This document shows, piece after piece, positions 26,921 to 43,285 of a stretch of 64,000 nt of DNA. The position numbers and the translations under genes are program-made. The stretch lies in the NCBI RefSeq assembly GCF_009914755.1, contig NC_060929.1. One strand, written 5' to 3'. Origin of the DNA: the human T2T-CHM13v2.0 reference genome, Homo sapiens. Position 1 is the stretch's first letter, and every line of letters begins with the position of its first letter. The notes beneath the pieces were generated by a model. That model had not been told where the DNA came from. It did not search any database and was given only the letters and a program-made list of their open reading frames with translations.

Positions 26921-27506
26921 ATTCCATGAAAGGGTCAAATCATACATGCAAAGTAGCCCCCAAATGCCAAAAGAGCCAATAAACCAAAAGAGGCAGAAAA
27001 ATCCAGTTTGTCAGTTTGGGGTGATTTATGAGGGGAACTTACAGACAGAAGTGTGGTTTTGGGCAGCTGTGAGACAGGTAGATCTCCATACCACAATCCC
27101 CCGGACTCAGGTATCTTGGAGAAAAAGCATGCATGCTCCGGAAGGGACGTGTAGGTGGCTACAGATGTCACAGCCTGCGATTTCTGCCACAACAAGGGTG
27201 GTTTTGAAGGAAATTTACAAGGAATAGGTGTTCCTACATAAAGAATAATGTAGCCGGGGCGTGGTGGTGGATGCCTTTAATCCCAGCTACTAGGGAGGCT
27301 GAGACAGGAGAATTGCTTGGACCCAGGAGGCGGAGGTTGCAGTGAGCCGAGATTGCATGCCATTGCACTCCAGCCTGGGCAACGGAGCAAGACTCCCTCT
27401 CAAAAAAGAAGAAGAATGTGCCCACTAGACATTTTGGAGGCATTCCCTAGATTTAGGGTAGCCAGGAGGATTAAGCTTTAAATTAAAGTCATTCTTGTCC
27501 TCATAC
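26921..27506 (-). mobile_element. MER31/MER67-family LTR
   Basis: ttccatgaaaggg...atgcaaagtagcccccaaatgcc...ggggaacttacagacagaag. Confidence 0.65.
27251..27412 (+). mobile_element. Alu right arm
   Basis: TSD aagaa(t/g)aatgt. Confidence 0.9.
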
Positions 27507-27622
27507 CTCTCTATTAAAGAGCTAAGGTTTTATCTATAACTATGTAACTTTCTGTATTTGCCTTTGAGTCTTAATTATCACCCTGGTTAAGGAAATAACT
27601 AATATTTCGTAGCTACCTGTGA

Positions 27623-27938
<316 letters not shown>

Positions 27939-27939
27939 C

Positions 27940-28256
<317 letters not shown>

Positions 28257-30005
28257 TCAAGTGTTTTAAATCTTTGATATTTTTGACAAACTTCCCAAAA
28301 TCAAATTCTAAATTATGTCTTCTAAGATATATATTAAACTAATAGGCTTATTTAATATGTTAATTATATGGAAAGCGCTGTCAAATAAGAAGTAATATTT
28401 AATCTTCTTGGAGTTTTGCTTAGCCATTTGCATGGCTATGTTATTAGTATATTGCATAGCCATTTGCATGGCTATGTTATTAGTATATGTTCCCCGAATT
28501 GTACAAAATTCCTAGAGATTTGCTATTAGTCATAATTTTAGTTATTATTTTAAAATACTTGCCACAGAAATAACATTTTCTTGTAAGTTGTGTCATTATT
28601 ATAATGAACTCTCATCAAATCTTTAACAAAGGTCATTTTAAGTCTTGTGGTTGACAGTTAATTTGCTTATTCTAATTCTTTTCTGAAAGCTTTTTGCAAG
28701 CAACTACAATCCTAAAGTGTGTGGCTTCAGCTCTGACAAGTACAAGTTTCTGATAACTTTTAGATCATATCATTAAACTGAGTAAGGATTTCCAGAAATC
28801 TAATGAAGAAACTCGTGGGTTTATGGAAGTGCTAACCAGGATCAAATAGACCAGACCAAACCAAAATGGAGTCATGTGCTAAATACCACACAATCCAACT
28901 GAAACTTCAAACATGCAGATAGATCCCAAAACATGCCAGTGTTTCTCAACCTTCATTTTATTGTTGCCCCCTAAGGAGCCCTTTTAGATCTCAAATTGAT
29001 TAAATGAGACTGAATAAACTGATAAAGAAGAATTACGGGGTTTTATTTTTTGTTTTATTTGAAACATTACTGGTTCTTTTGATGTTTTGTTTTGCAGATT
29101 TAAGGAAACTTTTTCTGAAGCTATCTGTAACTTATACCACCTTGGTAAATTGACTTTTTCTCCCCATCTAATTCCTCCAGAATTTGGAAGCTAATTATGA
29201 GTATTCTTATTTTTATGGCAATGTAGTTATCTGGATAAGTTCCATAAGAGTCTGCTCCCTTTAGAGCATGACACAATTGGAAATATTGGTTATATTACCA
29301 AGGTTTTGCCTAGGATGTCATATTTGAGAATGTACATAGGATGAATCTATAGTTTCTATAGGCAAAGTCTGAAGTCTGCCTTAGTTTGGCTTCCTAGCTT
29401 TAAGAAGTTTTAAAAAGTACAATCTGAGATTCTTTATCACAAATCTGCAAAGCAAACTTAAAAGCAGCCTATGTGGTCTTTCAATATTTTTGTTGGACCT
29501 ATGTAGATAATTAGGCCAAGTTTAATGAGGCTAAATTTATTTTGCAAATAAATTCATCATACTTTGGTTATCTTTGGAAATGGGGATGACTGTGGAGAGA
29601 GACTGTTTCAGAAGAAAAACTACAGTATACCTATCATTAGATTATAGCCTTATTCATTGTTTTCAAGTTTTTATTCTCTACCTGTATACTGGACTGGATC
29701 CTGAATTCTTCTAAGTTCCTTCAATCCAATTTTCCTTCCTTGAAGTTCCTTCAATCCAATCCCGTGAAATCACTAAGAGCAAGAACTGCTCTGTTCTTGA
29801 AACCCTCGAAGCTGAAGCGGGACAATTCAATGTAAATTTAGAGGGCAGCCTTGTGCCTGATATGTGGGCTGCACAGAAAGTTCATTCACCAAAATGCCCA
29901 GTGCCATAAGCAGAAACATTCCAACTGCAAACCAGGATAAAAAGTTGATGACTTCTTGCTGTGGACAGCTTTTCCCAAGATGTTGGAACTAGAATCCCCA
30001 TTATA

Positions 30006-30945
30006 ATGAGACTCTTGTCCCTCTTATTTTTTCCTTGCTTATACATACCTCTTTCACTTGGAAGGATAATGATATAATTAGAGTTTCACAATAAGTAGCT
30101 TCTGAGGGTAACTTGGCAGAGTGTTGGATCTGTCACGTCAAACCTAAATCTTTACGTGACCTAAGAAATCCTTTAGTTCACCCAGTGGCTAATTTTAGCA
30201 ACATTCCCAATGAACCTGTTTGTTCAAATTAAACTAGTGGTACCTTTTATAGGGTTAGATTTCCAGACCCACCTGTTCTTTTTTTTTTTTTTTTCCAAGA
30301 CGGAGTCTTGCTCTGTCACCCAGGCTGGAGTGCAGTGGCACGGATCTCAGCTCACTGCAACCTCCACCTCCCGGGTTCAAGGAATTCTCCTGCTTCGGCC
30401 TCCCAAGTAGCTGGGATTACAGGCACGCACCACTACACCTGGCTAATTTTTGTATTCTTAGTGGAGACAGGGTTTCACCATGTTGTCCAGGCTGGTTTCA
30501 AACTCCTGACCTCAAGCAATCCACCCACCTCAGCCTCCCAATGTGCTGGGATTAAGGCATGAGCCACCGTGCCTGGCCTCCCACTTGTTCTTACTCCATG
30601 TCCCAGTAATGGGACACTAGACAATAGCATATCTACTACCTACTAGCTGAACAGGGAGGAGTCTGTGAAGTTTCTGACACTTCTTGTTGACATGCATAAA
30701 TACATCCGGTATTGTAGACACTCCATGGAAAAAATTAACCAACAGGTTACTTGGTTAAAATGAGTAGATTCCTCATCTGGTTTTTTCTTTGATCTATTTG
30801 ATTTTAGTTGGTTTGGTTTATGGGGATCCTGGCTAAATAGAATACTCCAAACTCTTGGCATTATCTTTCTGATAGTCATAATGGTAGTCTCCATGCTGCA
30901 CTGTCTTCTCTCAAAAGTTTTAAATATTTGCATTCAGCCATTCAT
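30006..30945 (+). pseudogene. Decayed env of provirus B
   Basis: Signal-like MRLLSLLFFPCL; WKDNDIIRVSQ*VASEGNLAECWICH (CXXC at 30122); after the Alu, [17 protein letters not shown] and a TM helix; frameshifts and stops. Confidence 0.82.
30279..30578 (-). mobile_element. Alu (AluSx/Sz-like) in env
   Basis: TSD cccac(c/t)tgttctt. Confidence 0.95.
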
Positions 30946-31118
30946 TGAATGTCAAATAGTCTTTCTTCTACTGGAATGACAAAAACTGAAAGAAATATGT
31001 GATTATGAGGACACTGTAATTTATGAATGGCACACTGAGACCAGAAAGCCAAAAAGATGGTGAGAGTTAGTGCTAATGCCCTAAATTTTGGTCATGCTCT
31101 CATCTAAGTAAGAAAGCA

Positions 31119-31437
<319 letters not shown>

Positions 31438-31568
31438 TTAAACAAAAATTATAGGAGGCTATTGTTTTGAACTGAGTTCCTACTCTTCCCCAATAGGCCA
31501 GAGTCGCATGCTAAATACCACATAATCAAACTGAAGCTTTAACAATGAGGATAGATCCCAAAACATGT

Positions 31569-31797
31569 CAGTGTTTCTCAACCTTCTTTTCATTGTTTTC
31601 ACTCTAAGGAGGGGAAATTTTCCCTCCAATCATACTCCCTCATGAATTTTTAATATCACAGATGTACTGTGCATTTGTTTATGCATTCTATGTGTATCTA
31701 TGTGTCTTACATTAGAAGAAAAAGATTCTTTTTTACTCTCCTCTAAGAACAGACTTCTGCTCCTGAGAGGCATTATTGCCCCAGCTGAGAATCCATA
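31569..31797. mobile_element. hAT-Charlie-type MITE
   Basis: Starts cagtgtttctcaacc and ends ctgagaatccat (TIR-like). Confidence 0.6.
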
Positions 31798-31919
31798 ATC
31801 CAGACAACGATCATCAGTGATTTGATGGTGAACACTGACATGTTGAGATCTACTGACACCATCTGAACTCACCCATCATTCTTAAAATTGTACAACAGAC
31901 CCTATGGCCCTCTTGATAA

Positions 31920-32900
31920 AAGGCAATAGGAGGTAAACAGCACCACCTAGTAGGCATATTTGCAAAACAAAAAACAATGAACTTGAATCTAATCAAGTTT
32001 GCAGCTCTAATCAATTTAGAAGAAATACAAGGATAAACTAGCATGTTAAAAACAGCAAAAGGAAACAAACAGTTAAGCCCAGAATATACAAAGTTCTACA
32101 GAATAAATGACCCAGTTTACTCAAGAGATGAAAAGCATTAAAAAAAAAAAAAAAAGGAGGAGGAAAAGGAGAAGAAACTGTAATAGATGAGAAGAAATTT
32201 AGAAGACACATCAACCAAACGAAGTGTGTGGGTTGCATCGAATGTGGTTTAAATGTTATATCCAGGAATTGCTGAACACAATGACAATTTTGTTGAGTGT
32301 GATGACAGCATTAAGGTTTTGAATTTTTTTTTTTTTTTTTTTTTTTTTTTTGAGACAGAGTCTCGCTCTGTCGCCCAGGCTGGAGTGCAATGGCGCAATC
32401 TCGGCTCACTGCAAGCTCTGCCTCCCGAGTTCATGCCATCCTCCTGCCTCAGCCTCCTGAGTAGCTGGGACTACAGGCGCCCGCCACCACGCCTGGCTAA
32501 TTTTTTGTATTTTTTTAGTAAAGACGGGATTTCACTGTGTTAGCCAGAATGGTCTTGATCTCCTCACCTCGTGATCCGCCCGGCTCGGCCTCCCAAAGAG
32601 CTGGGATTACAGGCATGCGCCACCGCGTCCAACCAAGGTTTTGATTTTTAAGTCTTTTTCTCTCAGAAATTCATTCTATTGTATTTATGGGTGGAATTGT
32701 ATAATGTCTTGAATTTGACTTAAAATATTTTAGTAACTTCCAAAAATGCTTGGGATGGGGATTGAGGAAGGAAGAGAGGCAGAAGGTGAATAATTGTCAA
32801 GGCAAGCTGGATGGTGATACAGCTGGATGAGGGTACCCGGATACTATTCTCATCTCTACATCTTTGTATGTTTAATATTTTTCACAGTAAAAAGTTTTTT
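31920..32900 (+). mobile_element. L1MC-like 3' region
   Basis: tgaacttgaatctaatcaag...agacacatcaaccaaa...tttgtatgtttaatatttttcacagtaaaaag. Confidence 0.65.
32324..32634 (-). mobile_element. AluY-like
   Basis: TSD aaggttttga. Confidence 0.95.
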
Positions 32901-33170
32901 ATTATTTGCTCAACCAAAACATTCTAAGACGGACATAAAATAAAGAGGGTTGTTAGTAAACGCCTTGTGGGAATCAGAGGTCCCCAGTCTATGACCTTGG
33001 AAAAATGCCAAACACCATTCCTGCAGCCAAAAACGGTCTTTCCTCCACTGGGAATAACTTGTCTGCTTTTACTTTTAAACCCTGTGGTTATTTTTGAAAT
33101 GCTAGTTTATTTTCCCAAGAATGCCCGAAACAATGATTGATTTTAGAAAGCTATTTCCAGGACATATATA

Positions 33171-33478
<308 letters not shown>

Positions 33479-33999
33479 TCCAGGCCACATTTTCTAGTTG
33501 TACCTCAAAGCAGAGCTGTTGCTCAGGCCTCCTCTTCCTCAGTGCTTTCATGTCCCCTGCCACTGACCAGTAGACCTCCTTGGCGCTCCTCCTCCCTCTC
33601 CTCCTGGTGCTGTGTCTGGGTCTTCATTCCTCACTCCTCTTCTTCCCCCCTAGTCCACACAGGATAGACAGGGTCCCCACTGCTCTGGGCTTGGCCACCA
33701 TTTCTTCCCATCCGGGGACAGAGTCCTGTGACTTGTGTTACCATCGCTCTGCTGTTGACTCCCAAGTCCCCATCTCCAGCCCAGCCTGCTCTCCTGCTGA
33801 TTCTCCAAGATGTCTATAGCCTGCTAGGTGCCTCAGTGACATCCCAGCATCACCGTGTTCCAACCTGGGGCATCATCTTTCTTTCCATGCCACTCCCTTC
33901 TCCTGAAGTCACCACCTATAAACAGGGCCCCCATACTCAGAAATTAGAAGTTGGGATATGAAACAGCTACATGGTATCAAACTTGGGTCTCTGTTCTTT

Positions 34000-34570
34000 T
34001 ACTTATTCACTTAACAAATACTTATTGTGTGCCTATTATGTTGTCAGGCACTGTCTGGACACAGCAGGCATTGGGGACACAGCAGTGAAAAATGCTCTTA
34101 TGAAGCTGGCAATAAACAGGCAAGTAAATATCTAATCTATCAAGGCAAGGCAATGGAGAGTGTAGGGTCGATACAGTGAAGGCTGCTCTGAGGATGTGAC
34201 ATTGGAGCAGAGACCTGAGTGAAGTGAGAAGGTGAGCCATGTGGACACCTGGAGAGCAGGATTCAAGGCAGAGGGAACAGCATGTGCAAAGGCCCCGAGG
34301 CAGAAGCATCTTGGCAGATCCTAAGAGCAGCAAGTAAGGCAGTAAGGCTGCATTTGAATAAGTAAGTGGGAGGCGGTAAGAGATGGAATCAGAGGAATAG
34401 CAAGGAGCTTGCTGGTGCAGGGGTTTCTTGGTCCCAGGAAGGGCTCTGAATTTAGGCCTGGCACAATGGGAATCCATCAGAGGGTCGTGAGCAAAGGAAT
34501 GATATTATTTCATTGATGTTTTATCATATCACTCTGGTTTCTGGTTGGAGAATATCCTGTAGAACACAGA
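34000..34570 (-). mobile_element. L2 3' end
   Basis: attcacttaacaaatacttattg...aggcagagggaacagcatgtgcaaaggccc. Confidence 0.85.
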
Positions 34571-36139
34571 AGCAAGGAGACTCATGAACGTATGTGTCCA
34601 TGAAACCCTATTCTCAGCTTGGTATGTTTATTGTGTGATATGAATGTTTGTTGTTGTTATTTGGAAGTTAAGGCCAGTGCATCCTGAACCCTCTGGATGA
34701 CCAGTTTAGAAGTGGGTACGTGGCCAAGACTTCCATGCTCCTATGTGTGCTTTGTCCATGGTGGCCCCTAGCAGACCACTTTAGTTGTCACAAGCTCAGG
34801 AGGTAAGAAGCTGAGTGCTCCCTGGACCAGGGCCCTCACATGTGCTGTCTTGGGTGCCTGGTTCTCTCTGCCTCCAGCTCTTCTCACATCTGGCTCCTTC
34901 TCTTCAAATCTTACCCTAAATGTGAGGCCTCAGAGACGTCTCCTCTGATACCCTATGTAGGTGAAATCCCCTTGTTATTCTCCATCACTTTTCTCTGTCC
35001 ATTTCTGTAGCATTTATTACACATCACATTCATGCAAGTGCTTGTTTTCTAGTTGGTGGCCCATCTTCTTCCTACTAGACAGCAGAACTGTGACTGTGAT
35101 CTTGCAGCCATAAGCAGAAAGAAAGAGGTCCTCAGAGAGGCCACCTGGGAGTCCTGACAAAGCTGAGCCTGGAACCAGACTTCTTGTCCAGTGACAAGGT
35201 AATAAAACCTGACAGTTAGGCTGCTGTTGTGGAATATTCTGTTACTTGCAGCCAGAAGCATTTCAATGGGCACACTCTGTTTCACCAAAGAGGAAACGGA
35301 ATCTCAGACTAGCCAAGTCACTGGGAGAGGTATCTCTGCCTTCTCCCTTGCTATTCTCCACCAACATGCCTTCCTCTCCCTGCTCCTGCATCCTCCTGGC
35401 AAGGACAGCCTTGTCCTATTTAAGGTCCACTTCAAGCCCCCTCTTCTAGGAAATCTTTGATCCCACCAACCACAGGGATCTGTCCCCTCCCTCTGCATTG
35501 CAGAGGATAGTAGGTGGGGTGAGGGGGATGCAGGGAGGGATCCTGGGAGGGAAGAGCTGCTCCCAACACCTCCTAGAGAGAGAAGACTTAAACATTTGCC
35601 TTTTAAAAAGCTGTAATTATTTTTCATGTTGCAATTAGGCTTGGTTTAAAAAGAAACGTGTTAATTATTCTATTTCCTGCTGAGTCTTTGCCAAAGCAGC
35701 AGCTCATTTCCCACTCCCGCAAAGTCCTCAGAGGTAGCGCCATGCCCTGGAGATTCTCTGGTCTGCACGGCACACGGGGCTGTTTCTGCACTTGCTTAGA
35801 GATCACAGCCACAGGGGTGCTGAGATTGCTCCGAGCATCACCTCTCTCCAAGCTGCCGATGCTTCCACAGTAAAGTGAGGCCGTTGGATGCAGCAGATCT
35901 CCCGGTCCCACTCTCTGGGGACACCATTCTAGGGTCCCTGAGGCAGCAAGGAGCTTCCTATTGAATTCTGAGCCCATTTGTCTGGTCAGCAGTGCTCTCA
36001 CCAGAAATAGAGGAGGACACGGAGGCCCAGGCCTGGGTGGAGCTTCGTGAGATGGGCCATCATGGGGAAACCTTCCTCTGGGCATTACTTTCCCTCTTGT
36101 TTCCCATGAGGTTCTCTCAAGAACCTTGGGAGATGAAGA

Positions 36140-37510
36140 AGGAACAGTCTTTTTAACAAATTGTGCTGGGATAACTAGATATTCACATGGAAAAGAATGA
36201 AGTTGGGCATACCATATACAAAAATTAGCTGAAAATGGATCAAAGACCTAAACGTAAGTATTAAAACCATGAAACGCTTAGAAGAAAACATCAGGGCAAA
36301 TCTTTGTGATCTTGGACAAGGCAATGATTCCTTACATGTTACACCAAAGGCACATGCAACAATGACCAAAAAAAGTTAAGTTGGACTTCATCAAAATTAT
36401 AAACATTTGTGCGCCAAAGAGCACTATCAAGAATGTGAAAAAAAAAAAAAAAAAAAAAAACCAACCCACAGAATGGGAGAAAATGTTTGCCAATCAAATA
36501 TCTGATAAGGGACTTGTATCTAGAATATATAAAGAACTCTTGCAACTCAATAATAAAAGGACAAATAACCTAATTAAAAACTGGGCAAAGAACTTAAATA
36601 GACATTTCTCCTAAGATGATATGCAAATGGCCATTAAATACATGAGACAATGCTCAGCATCTTTAGTCATTAGAGAAATCAAAACCAAAATCACAATGAG
36701 ATACCACTTCACACCCACTAGGATGGTTAGAACAAAAAAGATGAACAATGACGAATGTTGGCAAGGATGTGGAAACTTGGAACCCTCATACACTGCTGGT
36801 GGGAATTTAAAATGGTGCAGCTGATTTGGAAAACAGTCTGGCAGTGTCTCACAAAGTTAATTATAGAGTTATCACATGCCCCAGCAATTCACTTCTCGGA
36901 CTATGCCCAGCAGGACTGAAAGCACATGTCCACGTGGAAACTTGAGCCCAAAGGTTCAGAGCAGCATGATTCATAATAGTGGAATTCCACTTCCACCAAG
37001 AAGTGGAAACAACCCAAATGCACATGAACTGGTGAACGGATCAACAAAATGGCATATCCATACAATGGGATATCATTTGGCGATAAAAAGAAAGGAAGTT
37101 TTTATTTATGCTACGACATTCACGAGTTGAAAACATTGTGCTAAGTGCAAGAAGCCAGACACAAAAGGCCACCTATTATGTGATTTCATATGATGAAACT
37201 TCCATAAAACAACAACCCATAGAGATTAGTGGTTAGTAGGGCATAGGGAAAGGAGGGAATGGGGCAGGACTGCTAACTGGTACGGGGATGATGAAAAGTT
37301 TCTGGAATTAGTGATGGTTGCACCACTAATTGTCCTTTTAGAAGGGGTGAATTTTATAGGATGTAATTGCACACTGAATTGTATTCAATTGTAAACTTAG
37401 GAAGGGTGAATTTTATGGGCTGTAATTGAATTACATCCCATAAATTGGGATGTAATTGAACTGTACACTTAGAAAGGGTGAATTTTATGGGATGTAATTT
37501 GTGTATCTAT
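36140..37510 (+). mobile_element. L1MB-like ORF2 C-terminus plus 3'UTR
   Basis: ORF fragments LIKNWAKNLNRHFS and MRYHFTPTRM...CWQGCG match the L1 ORF2p Cys-rich end. Confidence 0.9.
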
Positions 37511-37539
37511 TTTAAACGAAAGAACCCTGGGAGCTGCAG

Positions 37540-38110
37540 AGGCTCCCTCCCTTCCTCTCTGCCAGTACTTCACTCCCTACTCTCGTCCAAGCCACCAGCC
37601 TTGAATTGAAGCCACAGCCATCAGCTGGGCCCGCTGCTCCCTCTCCTGCCCCCCACAGCACCCACAGTGCTCCTTTTGAAATGTAAATCACTTCACATCC
37701 CTCCTTTAGGTAAAGCACTCCAGCACTTGGACTCAAATTCAATCTTCCGTGGCATAGACAGCCCGTGCAACTTGTCCCCTGCCTTTCTTGACCTCCCCCG
37801 ACACCCTCATCCCACATCCCCCTAATTGTCGTCCCACAGACACCGGGGGCTTCTCCTTGGTCTTGCGTGGGTGGCCCCTTCTTGTTGAGATCTCAGCGGC
37901 AATGTCACCTCCTCTGAGAGGCCACCCCCATCCCGGCTCTCTGAAGCAGCTTCTTTGCTTCCCCCAGCGCTTCGCCCCGTCTTCCTCCTTCACTTTCACA
38001 GCCTGTGCTCACCTTGTTCACTTGTATGTTTAACTGTTACTTGCCTCTCTCCACTTCTAGAATGTAAGCTCCCGAGAACCAGGATCTGGCATAGTGCTTG
38101 GCATGTACTG
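37540..38110 (+). mobile_element. L2 3' region (terminus at 39111-39138)
   Basis: ctagaatgtaagctcc...ggcatagtgcttggca; ctcaataaatg...gaatgaat follows the LTR. Confidence 0.78.
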
Positions 38111-38116
38111 GGGTTT

Positions 38117-39109
<993 letters not shown>

Positions 39110-40129
39110 AATCTCAATAAATGTGTGTGAAATGAATAAAAATATCATTGTGTATCTGCCACTTAGCAGAGATGTGTCCTTGTTGCCAAGTTACCTCCCA
39201 GACCCCCAGGGCCTCTGCCTCCCAATCTGTAGAGTAGGACATCATGGGACCATTTGTGGGAATAGGATGAGCTGATGCATGTAAAGGCCAAATGGTAGCT
39301 TCTTTCCGGATGGGGTGAAATAGCCAAGTAGGAGGGACATTTTTGTGGTTTGAGGAGAATATTTGACTCCTGGACTTCCATAGGAGATTTTGGATTTATG
39401 TCCCACTCTCAAAGGCAACCCCTTAAGGGGGCCCCGCTGCTTGTGGACTTGGTGCTGCATAGCAAATCACAACCCCAGAAGAGAGGTGTCCATGGCAAGA
39501 AACACATCTGATTCATTTCTGTGTCCCAGCAGAGCTACTGAGAGCCAGGCCTAGAGTCCACAGTCTTCAGGGTTTGAGTGCCTGATGGCCACCCAAAAGT
39601 GGATCCTCCTAGAGAAGTGGTGAAGACCAGTGAAGTGCTTCCCGGAAGCATGTCAAACACCTTGCTCTGAGCTTTTCTGCCTGGAACAGGCAGACTGGGA
39701 GGCAGGGCTGGAATTTCAGGGGTGCAGGGAAGGAGGACCTTTATATAGACTTCCACCCAACAGTGAGCACGTTGTCTGCATTTGAGTCCGGGGAGCCTGG
39801 AGGCCAGGCTGCATCTGGCCAGGACCTAAAAAACAGCCCTGCGGGGTAGGAAGTTGGCCTGACCGATATCCAGGCATGATGTCCTGAGAACCCAGAGGAA
39901 GTTGGGTCACTGGGGCACCAGTGATTTCCAGCTTGGCCACCGCCTGCCCCATGAAGGTGCAGGTGGGAGGAGATGTGGGTGCTTTTCGCTAGTCAGGTGA
40001 TCCTGGGCAGGTCGCAGGAGCTCACTTCCCCTCTGGGAGCTTCAGCTTTGGTCTGCCGGAAAATGGAGTTGAACCAAGTGCATCTGTCTGTGGTCTGTTG
40101 AAAAGGAAGTAAACTCGTAGCCCGAGGAG

Positions 40130-40310
40130 GATTCCAGAACCAGTGCTCTGGAGTGTGGCAGGCAGCCCTTGATGTGACTCCATTTTGGCATTTAGCAGCT
40201 GTGCCACCTCGGACAAGCCACTGACCTCTCAGGACTTCTTGCCTCATCTAAACTGGGAACCTAAGGTTCACAGAACTATCTAAAGGACTAAGGTGCTATA
40301 TACAATGCAT
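40130..40310 (+). mobile_element. MIR fragment
   Basis: tttagcagctgtgccacctcggacaagccactgacctctc. Confidence 0.6.
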
Positions 40311-40677
40311 CCAGCAGGAAAAGATTTAGAAGAAATTATAGAAAAAATAATTATAATGTTAAGATAGGAATATATTTTTGGGAAAAGTTATAAAAAGCAG
40401 CACAAACCCCAAGAGAAAGGAATTGATTTGATTAAAATTGAAAATGTTAAACTTATGAGTAAAAATGTCCAACCACCAAGGTAAATCATCAGTCAAAGGC
40501 AGGGATATTTGCAATACATGTAACAGACCACAGACTGATAAACAGAGTGTTACAAAGAATTCCCATAAATCAAGGATAAAAAGACAAACAGCCAAGTGAA
40601 AAATGGGCAAAATGAACAAGAAACTCACAGAAGAGGAAACATCAAGAGCCAAAAACACAAATGGAAAAGCACTTGAC

Positions 40678-41188
<511 letters not shown>

Positions 41189-41240
41189 CTATTTCATGCC
41201 CATCAGGTTGACAAAAATTTAAAAGTCAGACCATACAGGT

Positions 41241-41742
41241 TATCAACCTAAAATAATGAAAAGGCTCAGGATCAAGTTAAGTGTCTATTCAGGCACAAAG
41301 TGTGAGAGTGGTGGTGCCAGGAAACACAGACCCCAGAGAATAGTGATCAGAGCTCCCTGGCATGGGTAAAGGTGAGGATGGCTTATATAGGCAAAAACAG
41401 AGGTGCTGACTAGAATTAGAACATTTTCCATACAAAGGCTAACATATTGATACGAGATTTGGTTGGCCACCGATTGATTACACTCTAAGGGAGTTACTTA
41501 ACATTCACTTGTAAAGAGATAACAATCACCAAAGTCTCTGTCTTGGATGTCATTTAGTCTAGGTTTGAATAAAGCTTAGTGAGTCTGGTTAAGGTGTAAC
41601 ATCTCAACCCAAAGGTCAGGAAATAGCAGTCACGTACCAAAGAGGAAGAACAGCTGTGTTACGTGACGCAGTTTCCAGGGCTTAACTTTTCCCCTGGGAA
41701 TAATAAATTTGGAAGGTCCTGAAATTTTCTTTTCTTTTCACA
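41241..41742 (-). mobile_element. MER4-group solo LTR (MER72/MER87-like, tentative)
   Basis: Perfect TSD aggt; reverse start tgtgaaaagaaaagaaaatttcaggacc. Confidence 0.7.
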
Positions 41743-41961
41743 AGGTGTTGGGAAGATGTAGAACGGCAGGAGCTGGCATACACAGCTGGGGGGTATAAAT
41801 TAGTCCAGCCACTGTGGGCCTGCAAACCATTCTTAGGTACACATCCCAGGAAATCTTGAGCAACGACACAAGAGAAAGATATGGATAGGTGCAAAGAAGA
41901 ATTGTCTGTTATAACCCCAAACCAGAAAACAACAGCCCAACTGTCCATCAACTGTAGCATG

Positions 41962-42193
41962 CAGTGGTTAGCGAACTTTTTCTGCCAAAGGCCAAACGCT
42001 AACTATTTTGGCTTTGCGGGTCCTACAGTTGCTGCCACAATGATTCAATTCTGCCATTGTAGAGTGAAAGCAGCCCTAGAGGACATATGAAAGAATGGGT
42101 ATACTTGTGTTCTAATTAAACTTTATTTGCAAAAAAAGCACACATAGACATTGGGTTGGATTTGGCCCATGGGCCATAGCGTGCAGACCCCTG
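41962..42193. mobile_element. MER58A hAT MITE
   Basis: cagtggttagcgaactttttc...ggatttggcccatgggccatag...gacccctg; 8-bp flanks gtagcatg/gtagaacg. Confidence 0.82.
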
Positions 42194-42564
42194 GTAGAAC
42201 GATTATGTACATTGTAGCACATTCACACAATGGAATAATACTCAGCAATGAAAATGTTCTACAACAAAATGAAAGAATTTTTAAAAATGCATTTTAAGCT
42301 AAAGAAGTCAGATACAAGAGTATATACACCTTTAATTCAACTTACAGAAAACTCAAAGCCAGATAAAACTAGTTTTTAGGGATACACCCCTAGATAACAG
42401 AAACATAAAGAAAATTAATGAAGTGATGACCGTAAAGCCAGGACCATTATTATCTTTAGCAGGATGCAGAGGGTTGTAATTACAAGGAGAACATAGGCTT
42501 CTGGAGAACAGACCACTTTTTCTTTCTTGACTTGGGTGGTGGTTACATTACATGGATGTTCATT

Positions 42565-42886
42565 TTCTTTTTTCTTTTTCTTTTTTCTTTCTTTTTTTTT
42601 TCTTTTTTTTTTTTTTTTTTTTGAGACAGGACCTTGCTCTGTCACCCAGGCTGGATGGTGCAATCATAGTTCACTGCAGCCTCAAATTCCCAGGCTCCCA
42701 ACTCAGCCTCCCAAATAGCTGGGACCACAGGTGCTTGCCACCACACCAGGCGAATTTTTGTATTTTTGGTAGAGACAGGGTTTCACCATGTTGCCTAGGT
42801 CAGTCTCGAACTCCTGAGCTCAGGCTATCTGCATGCTCAGCTTCCCAAAGTGCTAGGATGACAGGCTTGAGCCACTGCACCCAACC
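42565..42886 (-). mobile_element. Alu (AluJ-like)
   Basis: Antisense Alu with a T-rich tail. Confidence 0.9.
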
Positions 42887-42968
42887 CATTTTAAAATAAT
42901 TCATTAAGCTGTTCTTTTGTATTATACGTACTTTTCTGGATGTGTATTATTTTTCACATTTTTTTTAA

Positions 42969-43285
<317 letters not shown>

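Noticed and set aside
30006-30945. Possible co-opted env (syncytin-like) gene
   Set aside because: Multiple stops and frameshifts, an Alu insertion and no visible furin/fusion region.
36381-37130. ORFs resembling reverse-transcriptase protein
   Set aside because: Frameshifted L1 ORF2 C-terminal relics; not an active element.
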